DNA from: Octopus bimaculoides
Taxonomy: Eukaryota
Length of the DNA stretch: 64,000 bases
Assembly: GCF_001194135.2 (NCBI RefSeq)
Contig: NC_068985.1
Location: forward strand, 85,759,614 to 85,823,613
Reading direction: 5' to 3'
Part shown: positions 24,292 through 36,530 of the stretch, piece after piece
Numbering within the stretch: the first letter of the stretch is position 1
How the letters are laid out: each line of letters opens with the position of its first letter
Notes under the pieces: model-generated
Databases searched by the model: none
Told to the model about the DNA's origin: nothing
Seen by the model: the letters and a program-made list of their open reading frames with translations, nothing else
Made by a program: the position numbers and the translations under genes

Positions 24292-25524
24292 CTTTTATTA
24301 GCCATACAGGGCTGTACACAGAGGGGACAAATACAATTACTCTTTTACCTGTTTCAGCCNNNNNNNNNNNNNNNNNNNNNNNNNNNNNNNNNNNNNNNNN
24401 NNNNNNNNNNNNNNNNNNNNNNNNNNNNNNNNNNNNNNNNNNNNNNNNNNNNNNNNNNNNNNNNNNNNNNNNNNNNNNNNNNNNNNNNNNNNNNNNNNNN
24501 NNNNNNNNNNNNNNNNNNNNNNNNNNNNNNNNNNNNNNNNNNNNNNNNNNNNNNNNNNNNNNNNNNNNNNNNNNNNNNNNNNNNNNNNNNNNNNNNNNNN
24601 NNNNNNNNNNNNNNNNNNNNNNNNNNNNNNNNNNNNNNNNNNNNNNNNNNNNNNNNNNNNNNNNNNNNNNNNNNNNNNNNNNNNNNNNNNNNNNNNNNNN
24701 NNNNNNNNNNNNNNNNNNNNNNNNNNNNNNNNNNNNNNNNNNNNNNNNNNNNNNNNNNNNNNNNNNNNNNNNNNNNNNNNNNNNNNNNNNNNNNNNNNNN
24801 NNNNNNNNNNNNNNNNNNNNNNNNNNNNNNNNNNNNNNNNNNNNNNNNNNNNNNNNNNNNNNNNNNNNNNNNNNNNNNNNNNNNNNNNNNNNNNNNNNNN
24901 NNNNNNNNNNNNNNNNNNNNNNNNNNNNNNNNNNNNNNNNNNNNNNNNNNNNNNNNNNNNNNNNNNNNNNNNNNNNNNNNNNNNNNNNNNNNNNNNNNNN
25001 NNNNNNNNNNNNNNNNNNNNNNNNNNNNNNNNNNNNNNNNNNNNNNNNNNNNNNNNNNNNNNNNNNNNNNNNNNNNNNNNNNNNNNNNNNNNNNNNNNNN
25101 NNNNNNNNNNNNNNNNNNNNNNNNNNNGTTTTGGGAGTAGGTTACAGATAATGACTACAAAATATAGTTGTTTTATATGAAAGCGAAGTTCCTTGTCAGA
25201 AACAGCCACATAAATGGTGGAAAGAAATTGAAGGAAGACATTGAGACTTCCCTCTGCGAGTTTAACAGCAAAGGGAGCTATTTTTTCAGAGAGATAAGCT
25301 AACAAAAGCCCCTTTATTTTGTCTTCCGACATAGCCTGCACATAAATAGCGAATGCCGCATAAAGTTAAATTGCTTAGGAGCTTTCTGAAAGATACGTAG
25401 AGTTTTCGATAGTGAAAGCAAAACTCGGCAGAGTTATGATGTAAGCATGTGCTAAGACCCCCTCATAACTTTTTTTTTTCATTTTTACGAAATTTTACTA
25501 AATTTTTTTCGATTCTGTCTTCTC

Positions 25525-25685
25525 TTTTACTTGTTTCAGTCATTTCACCACGGCCATGCCGGAGCACCGCCCTTTAGTCGAGCAAATCGACACCATGGCC
25601 CACTCCTTGCAAGCCCAGCACCTATTCCATCGGTCTTCCCCTGCCGAACCGCTAAGTTACGGGGGACGTAAACACACCAGCATTA
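25525..25685 (-). mobile_element. SINE 3' portion
   Basis: cttttacttgtttcagtcattt...gccatgccggagcaccgcc...gaaccgctaagttacgggggacgtaaacacacc matches the 3' part of 53925-54345. Confidence 0.75.
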
Positions 25686-27074
25686 TTGCTAGAAATTCAC
25701 ATGCTAGAAATAACAGCCAAATCTCACAAAACTACGATGACATAATGAAAGAAACAAAAAAAATATGTAATCAATCTACTCACCTTTCTGCAAAGATTTC
25801 TTTCAGAGTAATTTCCCGCCGTAATATGACAAAGTGAAATTAAAGTGTTCATTTAAGGAAATATTAAAGCAGCTTGCTCCACAGGAAATAATAGATTTTT
25901 TTGAAAACAAACAGCATTATTGCCACATGTAAAACATGTTTACACACACGATATGAAGGAACACCTTAATTTAACTTAGTCACTGTTTCTTTGCTATTTT
26001 TACTTTTCTTCTTTCAAAATAGTTTGCTGTTATTTCTGCTCTCATATCTCAATACGATAAAAACGCAATATAAAATTGTGGTATGTATATAAAAACAGAA
26101 TTGTGGTTAAGCCTTCCTAATACACATCTCTCCTAACTATGGCACTATTCAGCTGTTGTAGGAAAATACTGGCATTCCATTGGTTACAATGACAAGTGAT
26201 CAAGATGATCCAATCAATGGAACAGCTTCCCTGTGAAATTAATGTGCAAGAGGCTGAGCACTCCACAGACACATGTATCCTTAATGTAGTTCTCAGGGAG
26301 ATTCACTGTGATACAGAATGTGACAAGGCTGACCCTTTGATATACAGGTACAACTCATTTTTGCCAACTGAATGAATTGGAGTAAAGTGAAATAAAGTAT
26401 TTTGCTCAAGGACCCAACATGCTGGGAATTGAACTCATGATCTTACGATCATAAATTGAATACCCTAACAATAAGCAATGCACCTTCACTCAACTGTTGC
26501 AAAACTGCACATATTTCATCCCCTTTTGTACTACAACCTATTTTATTCTCTCCTTGGAATCATTTGTTTTTAACATCCACCCCTTATTCTCAATATCATA
26601 TCTTCCCATTTTATTTTCTGCTGATCACCCTACATCTTATGACTGCCATATCTCATTCTTAACACCCTCCCAAATTTGCCACTGATGTCCCCCGCCTCCT
26701 CCTGTGTTTGTCTCAAGAATTAAGGTTCAGTGATAGACAGAGAAAACCAAGATAAATGACAATGTTTATGAGGGCTATTTGAAAGACTGGTAACAGACAT
26801 TGTGAGGAAAATAATGGTGATAGATTAACTACGAATCAGAGCATAAAAGGGAGAATTGTAGCACTGTCTGTCAGGCAAGTCCACAATAAAACAAAACAAA
26901 ATTTATTAAAGTATTTACGAAACAAATATATATATCGGTTATGAGCGATAGTGGTGTCAATGAGACCCAGAGGTGTCAGGTAATGCTGAGTAAGTGGATA
27001 GACCACAGTTAAGCTCCAGGTTCGGTGGCTATGCGAATAAGGGGTCCAACATAGATCATATATCAGCAAATGTA

Positions 27075-27201
27075 TATAAGGATTTACTTTTCGTAATGAG
27101 ATAAAAAAACTAAGGTTGTGTAGATGACCTATTTATAAATGTTCTAAAATCTACACAGCCTTGGTTTTGTTTTATCTCATTACGGAAAGTAAATCTTTAT
27201 A
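27075..27201. repeat. Foldback of the PLE-type tail (about 51-bp arms, 23-nt spacer)
   Basis: tataaggatttacttttcgtaatgagataaaaaaactaaggttgtgtagat pairs with atctacacagccttggttttgttttatctcattacggaaagtaaatctttata. The sequence is homologous to 3258-3322. Confidence 0.8.
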
Positions 27202-28129
27202 AATATATATATATCACATTATATGCATACATATGTCGATCTAAAACACATCTTAATTCGTACAAAAGTATGGAAAAATTATTCTAAATTGCTCAGCGAA
27301 ATATTAATTATGAAATAAAGATTTCAGAATTCTGACAATTTGCCTGTGAGAAATAAAATGGTGTTGCAAACCAAGAGTGTTCCATGCAAACAAAATAACC
27401 CCCAAAACCAAACATATCATAAATGCTTTATTATTCCTTCACCAGGTATAGTTCCAGTGGGCTGTTCTTTTAGAGCTGTGAATATGTTGTCACTTTTGTT
27501 CAATGCATAATAAACGAAGGGAAGGGATATACAAGAGTGTGTGTGCGAGTAGGTGTAGGAGTAATGTGAAGTGTTGAATATAAAGAGTTTGTTGGATTTA
27601 GAAGTGAGTTACCTCCCCTTATACTAATAACTACAAATGACCAAATGTTGAAATTAAGAAAATCAGCTAAAAATAGAGAAGGGACTGTTCCAGCATGGCC
27701 AAATTCTCAGCACTAATACCACCGTTAAAAGAATAAAAGAATGAAAAAAAAAAACCCATTCAATTCCTGCAACACTTTTACGTATTTTTTTATGATTGTT
27801 TTATATTGTTTCATGGAAATCTCTAATTTCTAAAAAGACTGGGATAGGTGCAGACTTGGCTGTAAATGGAAACTGAAAGGAATCTGTTGTACGTGTGTGT
27901 GTATAAATGAGAGTGTGAGTGTGTGCATATTTGTGTCTTCTTCTCTTGATAGTAGTAGTAGTAGTAGTAGAAGTAGAAGTAGTAGTGAATGATGAATGAT
28001 GAACTTTTGATGTGGCTGAGGACTAATCCCAAGGGGTCAGGATTCAAAATGTGGGTTGTATAATTCATTGTTTCGATTACTGAATATGAACATGGGGATC
28101 CGAGACCCCCACCTCTCAGGTAATTTTCT

Positions 28130-28290
28130 TGAGTCACCATCTCAGCCTTGTCTGCTGATCCATTTACAGCTGAATGGACTGGAGCAATGGGAAAAACTAA
28201 GGAGACACAATGCACTGCCTGGTCCAGGAATTGAAACCACAATCGTTTCATTGTGAGTGCAACATCCTAACCACAGGACCATGCATCCTC
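28130..28290 (-). mobile_element. tRNA-derived SINE fragment (family of 11178-11510)
   Basis: atttacagctgaatggactggagcaatgg...ccaggaattgaaaccacaatc...gagtgcaacatcctaaccac. Confidence 0.65.
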
Positions 28291-29095
28291 ATTTCAATTC
28301 AACTGTCTTCAAATTTTATGCAAGGGCAGCAAAAATGATATCACAACTATTGTCTTTAAATATGAATTTAAATTTTAATAAGGACTGAAGTGTTTAAAAA
28401 AAAAAAGAACTGATAAAAACAAAAAAAAATTATAATAATGATAGTAATAAAGAAAATAATAATAATAAAGAAAATAGTATTAAATATATACAAAAGTAAA
28501 TAGATCCATACAGAACAAGAACAACAAGAATATTAAGTACAAAAAGATGCTATATGATAAGAGTTTCCATAATAATATAATAATAATATATCATAGAAAA
28601 TGAAATATAATCAATATATTGATATACCATATCAAATGGGGTTTATTTTTTAATGATTTTTCTCTTTAAGTTTTGTTTTCATTATTTTCTTATTGATTAT
28701 TGATTATTGCTTGTAAAAGAGTATTGTGGAACAAATTGTTTCCTAAAGGTTAGCAGAATTTCATAACGCTAAACTTGAAGTCTACATGTCAGTTTGGTAC
28801 GATTTCATTAGATTAATTAAATTCCATGAAATCTAATGCCATCAAATTGTTTTGCTTTGGTCAGGTTTCACTTTCTTCAGCTAACTTTGCCGTTTGTTTG
28901 TTCTCCCACATCACAGCCATCAATATTTTTCACTTACATAACACAATGGTGGAATAAGTGTGTGGGAACGTGCATGGATGCACGTGTGCATGAGTGTGTG
29001 TGTATATATATATATATATACACACACACACATAATATACATACACACACATATACATACATATGTATTATGCATACACATATACATATACATAT

Positions 29096-29127
<32 letters not shown>

Positions 29128-29129
29128 CA

Positions 29130-29340
29130 TTACTATGATTGACCATTGACTGAACACTATTCAATTTTTTTTCTCTGTGTTTTTCTCCTTGTCTCCGTAT
29201 TCTTTCTGTTGAAGAGCATAGCTCGAAACGTCAAAGACTTTCCGTATTCCCGAGTGTCATACTAATACATCCTTTTGTTGTTTACACCACCTGTCCTCGT
29301 CTGTTGTTGTTTTTTTTCGTACATTCTCCCATATATATAT
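29130..29340 (+). mobile_element. PLE-type terminal repeat with hammerhead motif
   Basis: A pyrimidine-rich run is followed by the hammerhead motif at 29201-29237 and is flanked by AT microsatellites. No PLE coding sequence is adjacent, so the assignment rests on the ribozyme architecture. Confidence 0.55.
29201..29237 (+). ncRNA. Minimal type I hammerhead ribozyme motif (A6 changed to U)
   Basis: Stem I tcttt/aaaga; core ctgttga; stem II gagc-ata-gctc; gaaa; palindromic acgt as stem III; GUC triplet (29230-32). Confidence 0.65.
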
Positions 29341-29410
29341 ATATTTATATATATATATACATCATCATCATATTTATACATATATATATACATGTATAAG
29401 TACATGTACA

Positions 29411-29725
29411 AAGCACCGTTCGAGTGTGGTCATTGTCAGAGCCGCCTGACTGGCTCCTGTGCCACAAACAAATAAAAAACCACCATCCAAGCGTGGCCGA
29501 TACCAGTACTGCCTGACTGGCCCCTATACCAGTGGCATGTATGAAGCACTCACTACACTGTCAGAGCGGTTGGCGTTAGGAAGGGGCATCCAGGTGTAGA
29601 GACCTTGCCAGATTGGATTGGAGCCTGGTGCAGCCTTTTGGCTTGCCAGCCCTCAGTCAAACCGTCCAGCCTATGCCAGCATTGAAAGCAGACGTTAAAC
29701 GACGATAATAATGATGATGATGATG
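29411..29725 (+). mobile_element. RTE 3' UTR with internal subrepeats and (GAT)n tail
   Basis: aagcaccgttcgagtgtgg...gcctgactggc repeats, then gcggttggcgttaggaagggg...gacgttaaacgacgataataatgatgat. Confidence 0.8.
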
Positions 29726-29832
29726 AAATTAGATAATAACTCTCTGAACTTTGTGTATGTGTGTGTGTGTGTATATATATAAATGTGTGTGTGTATAGTG
29801 AGGGAGAGTGAGATTTATACTATATATATATA

Positions 29833-30645
29833 GCACTGGCATTGAACACACTCGAATGGTGCTTTTTACATGTCACTGGCATGGGTGCCAATCAGGTGGT
29901 ACTGTCATTGGCCACGACAATGACATCACTTGACTCAACAGGTCTTCACAATCACAGTTTATTGCCCAATGATTGAAGGGTACTCTTAAATGGGCCAGTT
30001 ATGCTGCACTGGCATAGGCCATGGTTACAGTCTCACTTGCTTTGCTGGTTCTTCTCAAGCACAGCATATCTCCAAATGTCTCATCGCCTCGGTGAGGCCC
30101 AACGTTTGAAGGTCATGCTTCAACACCTCATCCCAGGTCTTTCTGGGACTGCCTCTTCCACAGGTTCCCTCTACTGCTAGGGTGTGACACTTTTTCACCC
30201 AGCTGTCCTCATCCATATGCAACACATGACCAAACCAGTGCAGTCGTCTCTCTTGCACACCACATCTGATGCTGCTTATGTCCAACTTTTCTCTCAGGGT
30301 GCTTACACTCTGTCATGTATGCATACTGACATTACACATCCAGCGGAGCATACTGGCTTCATTCCTTGCAAGCTTACACATGTCCCCAGAAGTCACAGCC
30401 CATGTTTCACGTCCATATAGCATGGCTGTTCACACACATGCATCATACAGTCTACCTTTAACTCTGAGCAAGAGGTCCTTTGTCACCAGCAGAGGTAAGA
30501 GCTCTCTGAACTTTGCCCAGGCTATTCTTATTCTAGCAGCTACACTTTCAGAGCATCCACTGCCGCCACTGACTTGGTCCCCTAGATTGACTCTAAGGCA
30601 CTTCGATTCTAGACCTTGCTTGGACATATTAAGTTGATTCATCAT
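29833..30645 (-). mobile_element. RTE-clade LINE 3' fragment (ORF2 C-terminus plus proximal 3' UTR)
   Basis: ARIRIAWAKFRELLPLLVTK..LRVKGRLYDACV.TAMLYG.ETWA..., MLRWMCNVS, RRLHWFGHVLHMDEDSWVKKC..VEGTCGRGSPRKTWDEVLKHDL are diagnostic of the RTE C-terminus. Confidence 0.92.
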
Positions 30646-32311
30646 CGACTGCCTTACTACTACTACTACTACTACTACTACTACCACTACTACTATCCTT
30701 AGTGCTGGTGCCATTGTCTTTAATCTTTAATTGTTATGTGTCACCCAATGAATGAGGCAAAGTTGCACATTCCATCACACAAAGCTTGGTTGTGTCTGTT
30801 TTTTTTCCCCCAACAAAACTCTCTCCACATTCTGGTAAATTAGTAGAGTCATTTGAGCATTGAACAAAACGTAATGTAGCTATTATGCCAACTTGTATTC
30901 AGAGTTCAAATTCTGCCACGGTCATATTTGCCTTTCTTCCTCCCAGGGTCAATTAGGGGCCACTTTAATAAGGGATTCCTTGAACTATCTGTTTTGACTC
31001 ACTGCTTTCTAAGTTCAAATCCTGTTCTGGCCTACATGGCTGGTGGAATTATTAATCCATCATCTGGTTTAACATCACCACCAGGTACTTGCAATGCCTT
31101 TAGGAAAGGAATCCACACCTCTACCCCCACCAGCTCTGGACGCCTCCTTGTTAATGGTCGTAGGCATTGCCTTCCATGCTGACCAGAGAATTAAAACAAT
31201 CAGAAACCCACCACAATGTATTTACTTTGCTCCTGTATCTTAAGGCATGCCACCAGGTCCCTCTTTGATAAAACCTGTTTTAAGTTGATGCAGGCCAATG
31301 CTAGTCCCCTAATTCAAGTCCTCCTATGCATAGTCGAACTATTTGTCAAGGGCAAGAGTTGGCAAAGTGATCAGTATTGACCCCTGAAGGTGTATATGGC
31401 TATCCAAGGGGTCAAATATTGGAAACAATTTTGAGTATTATCAGAGCTGAATTACTAGCAAACTGAAATTAGAAGAGTGCAGTAATTCCAAACTAAAACT
31501 CACAAATTCCCTGCTAAATATTGATGCAATAACTTGAATTCACCAAAATCATATTGCACATTAAATATCCTGACTTTATCAATATAATATCACTGAGTTT
31601 TTAATGTTTTTTTTATCAATTTTGTTAAGTATTTTCATTAAATTTCTTTAAATATTTCTTATTAAAAAGCAATAATGACACAAAAGAACAAAGGAATTGT
31701 TGCTTTTAAATCAAGAAACTTTTTATTAATTAAAGTTTTTAATTTAATTTTAGAAATTTACATGCAAGGGTTTGATAAATTATTAACGATTTCATGAAAA
31801 GGCCCTTGATGAAAGAAATTTGCTGATCTCTGGTCTGAAGAAATAAGACTTAAGTAGAGGCCCAATACATTGGTTTCAGTTGGATTAGATCTTTGAATAT
31901 TGCCACTACTAGCCTAGTTAAAAAAAATCTTAACATATATAATGCACAGAGCATTTAAACTCAAAATGAAAATGGGAATGGGTCGGTCGGTCGGTCGGTC
32001 GGTTGAGTTATTGATTACATGTTTAATACATTGTCATCGTTGTCGTCAGCCTCCTCCTCTTCGGCCTCCTTCCCCCTTATCATCATCTTCGTTGTTGTCA
32101 TTGCCATTATCATTATCATCATCTTCTTCATTATCATCATCATCATCATCACCACCACCACCACCATCATCATCATCATTTAATCCCCTGTATTCCATGC
32201 TGACATGGGTTCAATGACCCAACCAGGATCCTACAAGACAGGAGACTGTCTTGAGCTCCAGTCTGAGTTTTAGAAAGGATCCTTTCTTTTTTTTTTCCTA
32301 CTCTAGGCACT

Positions 32312-32512
32312 ACACCTGAAATTTTGTGGTGGGGATGGGATTAAGTTGATTAGATAGACCCCAGTATGCAACTGGTACTTAATTTATTGACCCCGAAAGG
32401 ATAAAAGGCAAAGTCGACCATGGCAGAATTTGAACTCAGAATGCAAAGACAGACGCAATGCTACTAAGTATTTCGCCTGGCGTGCTAAAGTTTCTGCCAG
32501 CTCACTGCCCCT
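32312..32512 (-). mobile_element. tRNA-derived SINE (ttgcctttcatcctttcggggtcga core family)
   Basis: Reverse complement of the 33676-33900 family; B box gagttcaaattc. Confidence 0.85.
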
Positions 32513-33397
32513 TAAGATGATATANNNNNNNNNNNNNNNNNNNNNNNNNNNNNNNNNNNNNNNNNNNNNNNNNNNNNNNNNNNNNNNNNNNNNNNNNNNN
32601 NNNNNNNNNNNNNNNNNNNNNNNNNNNNNNNNNNNNNNNNNNNNNNNNNNNNNNNNNNNNNNNNNNNNNNNNNNNNNNNNNNNNNNNNNNNNNNNNNNNN
32701 NNNNNNNNNNNNNNNNNNNNNNNNNNNNNNNNNNNNNNNNNNNNNNNNNNNNNNNNNNNNNNNNNNNNNNNNNNNNNNNNNNNNNNNNNNNNNNNNNNNN
32801 NNNNNNNNNNNNNNNNNNNNNNNNNNNNNNNNNNNNNNNNNNNNNNNNNNNNNNNNNNNNNNNNNNNNNNNNNNNNNNNNNNNNNNNNNNNNNNNNNNNN
32901 NNNNNNNNNNNNNNNNNNNNNNNNNNNNNNNNNNNNNNNNNNNNNNNNNNNNNNNNNNNNNNNNNNNNNNNNNNNNNNNNNNNNNNNNNNNNNNNNNNNN
33001 NNNNNNNNNNNNNNNNNNNNNNNNNNNNNNNNNNNNNNNNNNNNNNNNNNNNNNNNNNNNNNNNNNNNNNNNNNNNNNNNNNNNNNNNNNNNNNNNNNNN
33101 NNNNNNNNNNNNNNNNNNNNNNNNNNNNNNNNNNNNNNNNNNNNNNNNNNNNNNNNNNNNNNNNNNNNNNNNNNNNNNNNNNNNNNNNNNNNNNNNNNNN
33201 NNNNNNNNNNNNNNNNNNNNNNNNNNNNNNNNNNNNNNNNNNNNNNNNNNNNNNNNNNNNNNNNNNNNNNNNNNNNNNNNNNNNNNNNNNNNNNNNNNNN
33301 NNNNNNNNNNNNNNNNNNNNNNNNNNNNNNNNNNNNNNNNNNNNNNNNNNNNNNNNNNNNNNNNNNNNNNNNNNNNNNNNNNNNNNNNNNNNNNNNN

Positions 33398-33467
<70 letters not shown>

Positions 33468-33675
33468 CGATTTGTTGATCTCTGGAAGTAAGGAGAGCTA
33501 GAAAGGTTAATTTACAAGTTGTTTATGTATTTCTGGGAGGGTTGGGGAGAGGAAGGGGGGAAATGAGAGGAATAATAGCAGTAAATAATTTTCTACATAC
33601 AATGATGATGCCGATGATGATGATGATTTCTTTATTAAGTACTAAGGGTTCACAAAAACGTTGGAGGATGTTACA

Positions 33676-33900
33676 AGACAGAAACGTTAGCACGCTGGGC
33701 GAAATGCCTAGTGGTATTTCGTTTGCCGTTACGTCCTGAGTTCAAATTCCGCCGAGGTCGACTTTGCCTTTCATCCTTTCGGGGTCGATTAAATAAGTAC
33801 CAGTTGCGCACTGGGGTCGATATAATCAACTTAATCCGTTTGTCTGTCCTTGTTTGTCCCCTCTATGTGTAGTCCCTTGTGGGCAGTAAAGAAATAAGAA
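33676..33900 (+). mobile_element. tRNA-derived SINE, near full length
   Basis: gcagaaacgttagcacg-like head, ctgagttcaaattccgccgaggtcgactttgcctttcatcctttcggggtcgattaaataagtaccag core, and tail ending aaagaaataagaa. Other copies are at 32312, about 39055-39225, 43600-43712, 49560-49772 and 52160-52360. Confidence 0.88.
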
Positions 33901-34059
33901 TGCAGGGTTGCATAAAGATGTATGTAAAAGGGAACAAAAGTAAAACAAATTCCAGCAATAAACATTTCCACAAAATTGAAAACCTTGCTTGAGCTGGTCA
34001 TGGAAACCCTACAAAAGCATGGTCACCCTGACCACAAGGGTAAGTGCCTTCTCCACATT

Positions 34060-34420
34060 CTCCTCTACCTTAAATATTTAGGCTTAGAGGAGGCCTCTTT
34101 ATTCAGATCCTCCTTGCCACATTCACCTGCCTTTCAATAAAATTGCTGGGTGGCAGCATTTACCTCACCACCCTCACAATCCTTTCCAAGTGAAACTTGA
34201 AAAGGTTGATGAGAGCTTGACCAGAAAGGTGTCAGTCTTCAGCAATTTCAGTCTAATTCACCCCATTCACCTCTATTGCTGAAGCTAACAGAAAGATAAA
34301 GCCTGCCTGGCCATCCCTGCTAAAAGAGAGTTGCAGGCATATCTTCACAATGGACGCAGCTGAGAGCCATCTCCATCTTCTAGGTGATGGTGGCTGTTTG
34401 ACACAAACCCATAAGGAAGC
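34060..34420 (-). mobile_element. Possible L1/Tx1-type LINE C-terminal relic
   Basis: ...LSGQALINLFKFHLERIVRVVR.MLPPSNFIERQVNVARRI resembles the ends of Tx1-like ORF2; recognised from memory only. Confidence 0.3.
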
Positions 34421-36239
34421 AATACTCAAGCAGTGAATGCAGAACAGTTTCATTGTTCTGCATTCAGGTTTGACAGGAGCTGGCAAGGCTGGAGAGCTGC
34501 ACCAAGTTCCATTGTCTGCTTTGACATGGTTCCTGTGGATGCATGCCATCTCCTAACACCAACCACTTTACAGTGTGTATTGGGTGCTTTTTACCTGTGT
34601 ATGTGATATATGCTTGTATGTGTGTGTGTGTGTGTATATATATNNNNNNNNNNNNNNNNNNNNNNNNNNNNNNNNNNNNNNNNNNNNNNNNNNNNNNNNN
34701 NNNNNNNNNNNNNNNNNNNNNNNNNNNNNNNATATATGTATATATATATAGATATATATATATATATGTGTGTATATTGTGGTTTAAATGGTGTGCAGAG
34801 TCCCATCATCATCATCATCACCATCGTCATTGTCATTATCATCTTATGTCTGCTTTCCATGCTAGTATGGGTTGGACAGTTTGACAGGGAACCAGTGAGC
34901 TGGAGGGCTGCATCGAGCACCAGTGTCATCTTTGGCATGGGTCCTGCTGCTGGGTGCCCTTCCTAATGCCTTTGATTTGCTTACAGGGTGTCTTTTTTCA
35001 TGCCACCAGCACAAATAAGGTTGCCATGTAATTTGCAAGACAGAAGAGAACAAGGGAAAGGGAAAGGAGGGAAAAAGCCCCATTACTAAGAAGCGTTTAA
35101 GTGGGGGGGGGGGGGAAGAAGAGGTGGATCATTTCATGCTGGGTGTTTAAAGGTTAAAGTATGATATAATGTCTTGCTATAGAGGAGGTACACAGCTGAA
35201 GGAAGGAGGGAATGGAGTGCTATAGCAAATGCTGAAGGAACAAGATGATGAGCAAAAAGAGGGGACACAGAGAGTGGGTCATGGGAGGGATGAGGAGAGT
35301 GGTGGGAGGAGTAAACAGGTGAATGTAGAGACTGATGAGGTGCGATACTAGTATTGAAAGAGGTAACGGGAGAAATGCAGGAATGGCCCAGGAAGGATCC
35401 TAGAATCAAAAGTAATGGGATGATGTGCAATGTGTGGGAGCAGTGGAGATGGAGGGAAGGTGGACATTAAATGATGATATATTTGTGTGTGTATATGTAT
35501 AAAATACATGTCTGTATGTGTGTGTGACATGGAAGTGGTGGTGGTGGTGGTTGGGAGGAAAACAGAAAGAAAAACTTAGGCAGAATGAAGAAATGAAGCA
35601 GCTTTTGGTCAGTCTGTTGCTTGAATATCTTCTAGAACTCACTAAAGCTATGTTCAAACACATAATATGATGGTTTCAAAATAGACTCCAATTTAATACC
35701 AATTTAGCTGAAGTCTCTTCAGTAGTTTTAGAATTAGAGCTGAAATAGCAAAACGATTGGTTTGGCATTTATTTTTGTTATTATTGGTTTTCTTGGGATT
35801 TCTTTCTTTATTTCATCAATAACTCTCAGAACTGTTGAGAAAATAATTTATTTGATAATTCCAACATTTCATTTGAAGTTAGTTTCAGCACATGTTCTTT
35901 AGTGTAAATTCTACCACCAAACTATCAGTGATGCTCACTCCATCAGTCAATGATGCTTAATAAAAGGAAAAAAAGAAGAAAAATCATTTTCTAAGCTGAA
36001 TGGTCAATGAGAGAGAATGATTCTTATTGAGTGTGACTCATAGAGTAAGATGGCTGAAATCTAATTTCAATAAAGCGCAAATGAAACTATGACATCCTAA
36101 GTGAAAAGTAAATACTCAACATGTCCCAAAGTGCTGGGTTCAATTCCCATGCTTTGTTCATGTAGCAATAATAATAATATTGAACTTGTTGTATCCAGTG
36201 CTCAGGTGCACCACAACTCATCAGAAAAAGTAGCCAGAA

Positions 36240-36530
36240 GTGGTCTGAAGAGTACAAAAATGCACAAGAAGTGAACGGTGAAGGAGTCATTGAAAATAGG
36301 TGGTGGGGACATCGGTTGTGTAGTTGGTGTATTTCAAGAAGCATAAAAATTTTGAAGGATATGGTATTCTGACAACTGATGTGGGCAGTTTATGCCATGC
36401 TTTAGCAATTCTAAGCTTGAAAATGTGTTTCTGAAAGTCATGGGTGCTGTGTTGTTTTTTGGTTTTGTAAGCGTGTCTACAAGTGTTGGACATACTTTAA
36501 ATGGTCATCTGGCTGTGTTTGTCATTCAAG
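36240..36530 (-). mobile_element. CR1-type LINE ORF2 C-terminus/3' end
   Basis: SNTCRHAYKTKKQHSTHDFQKHIFKLRIAKAWHKLPTSVV matches the CR1/L2 pattern T.GH..K.......R..FF..R....WN.LP..VV. Confidence 0.75.
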
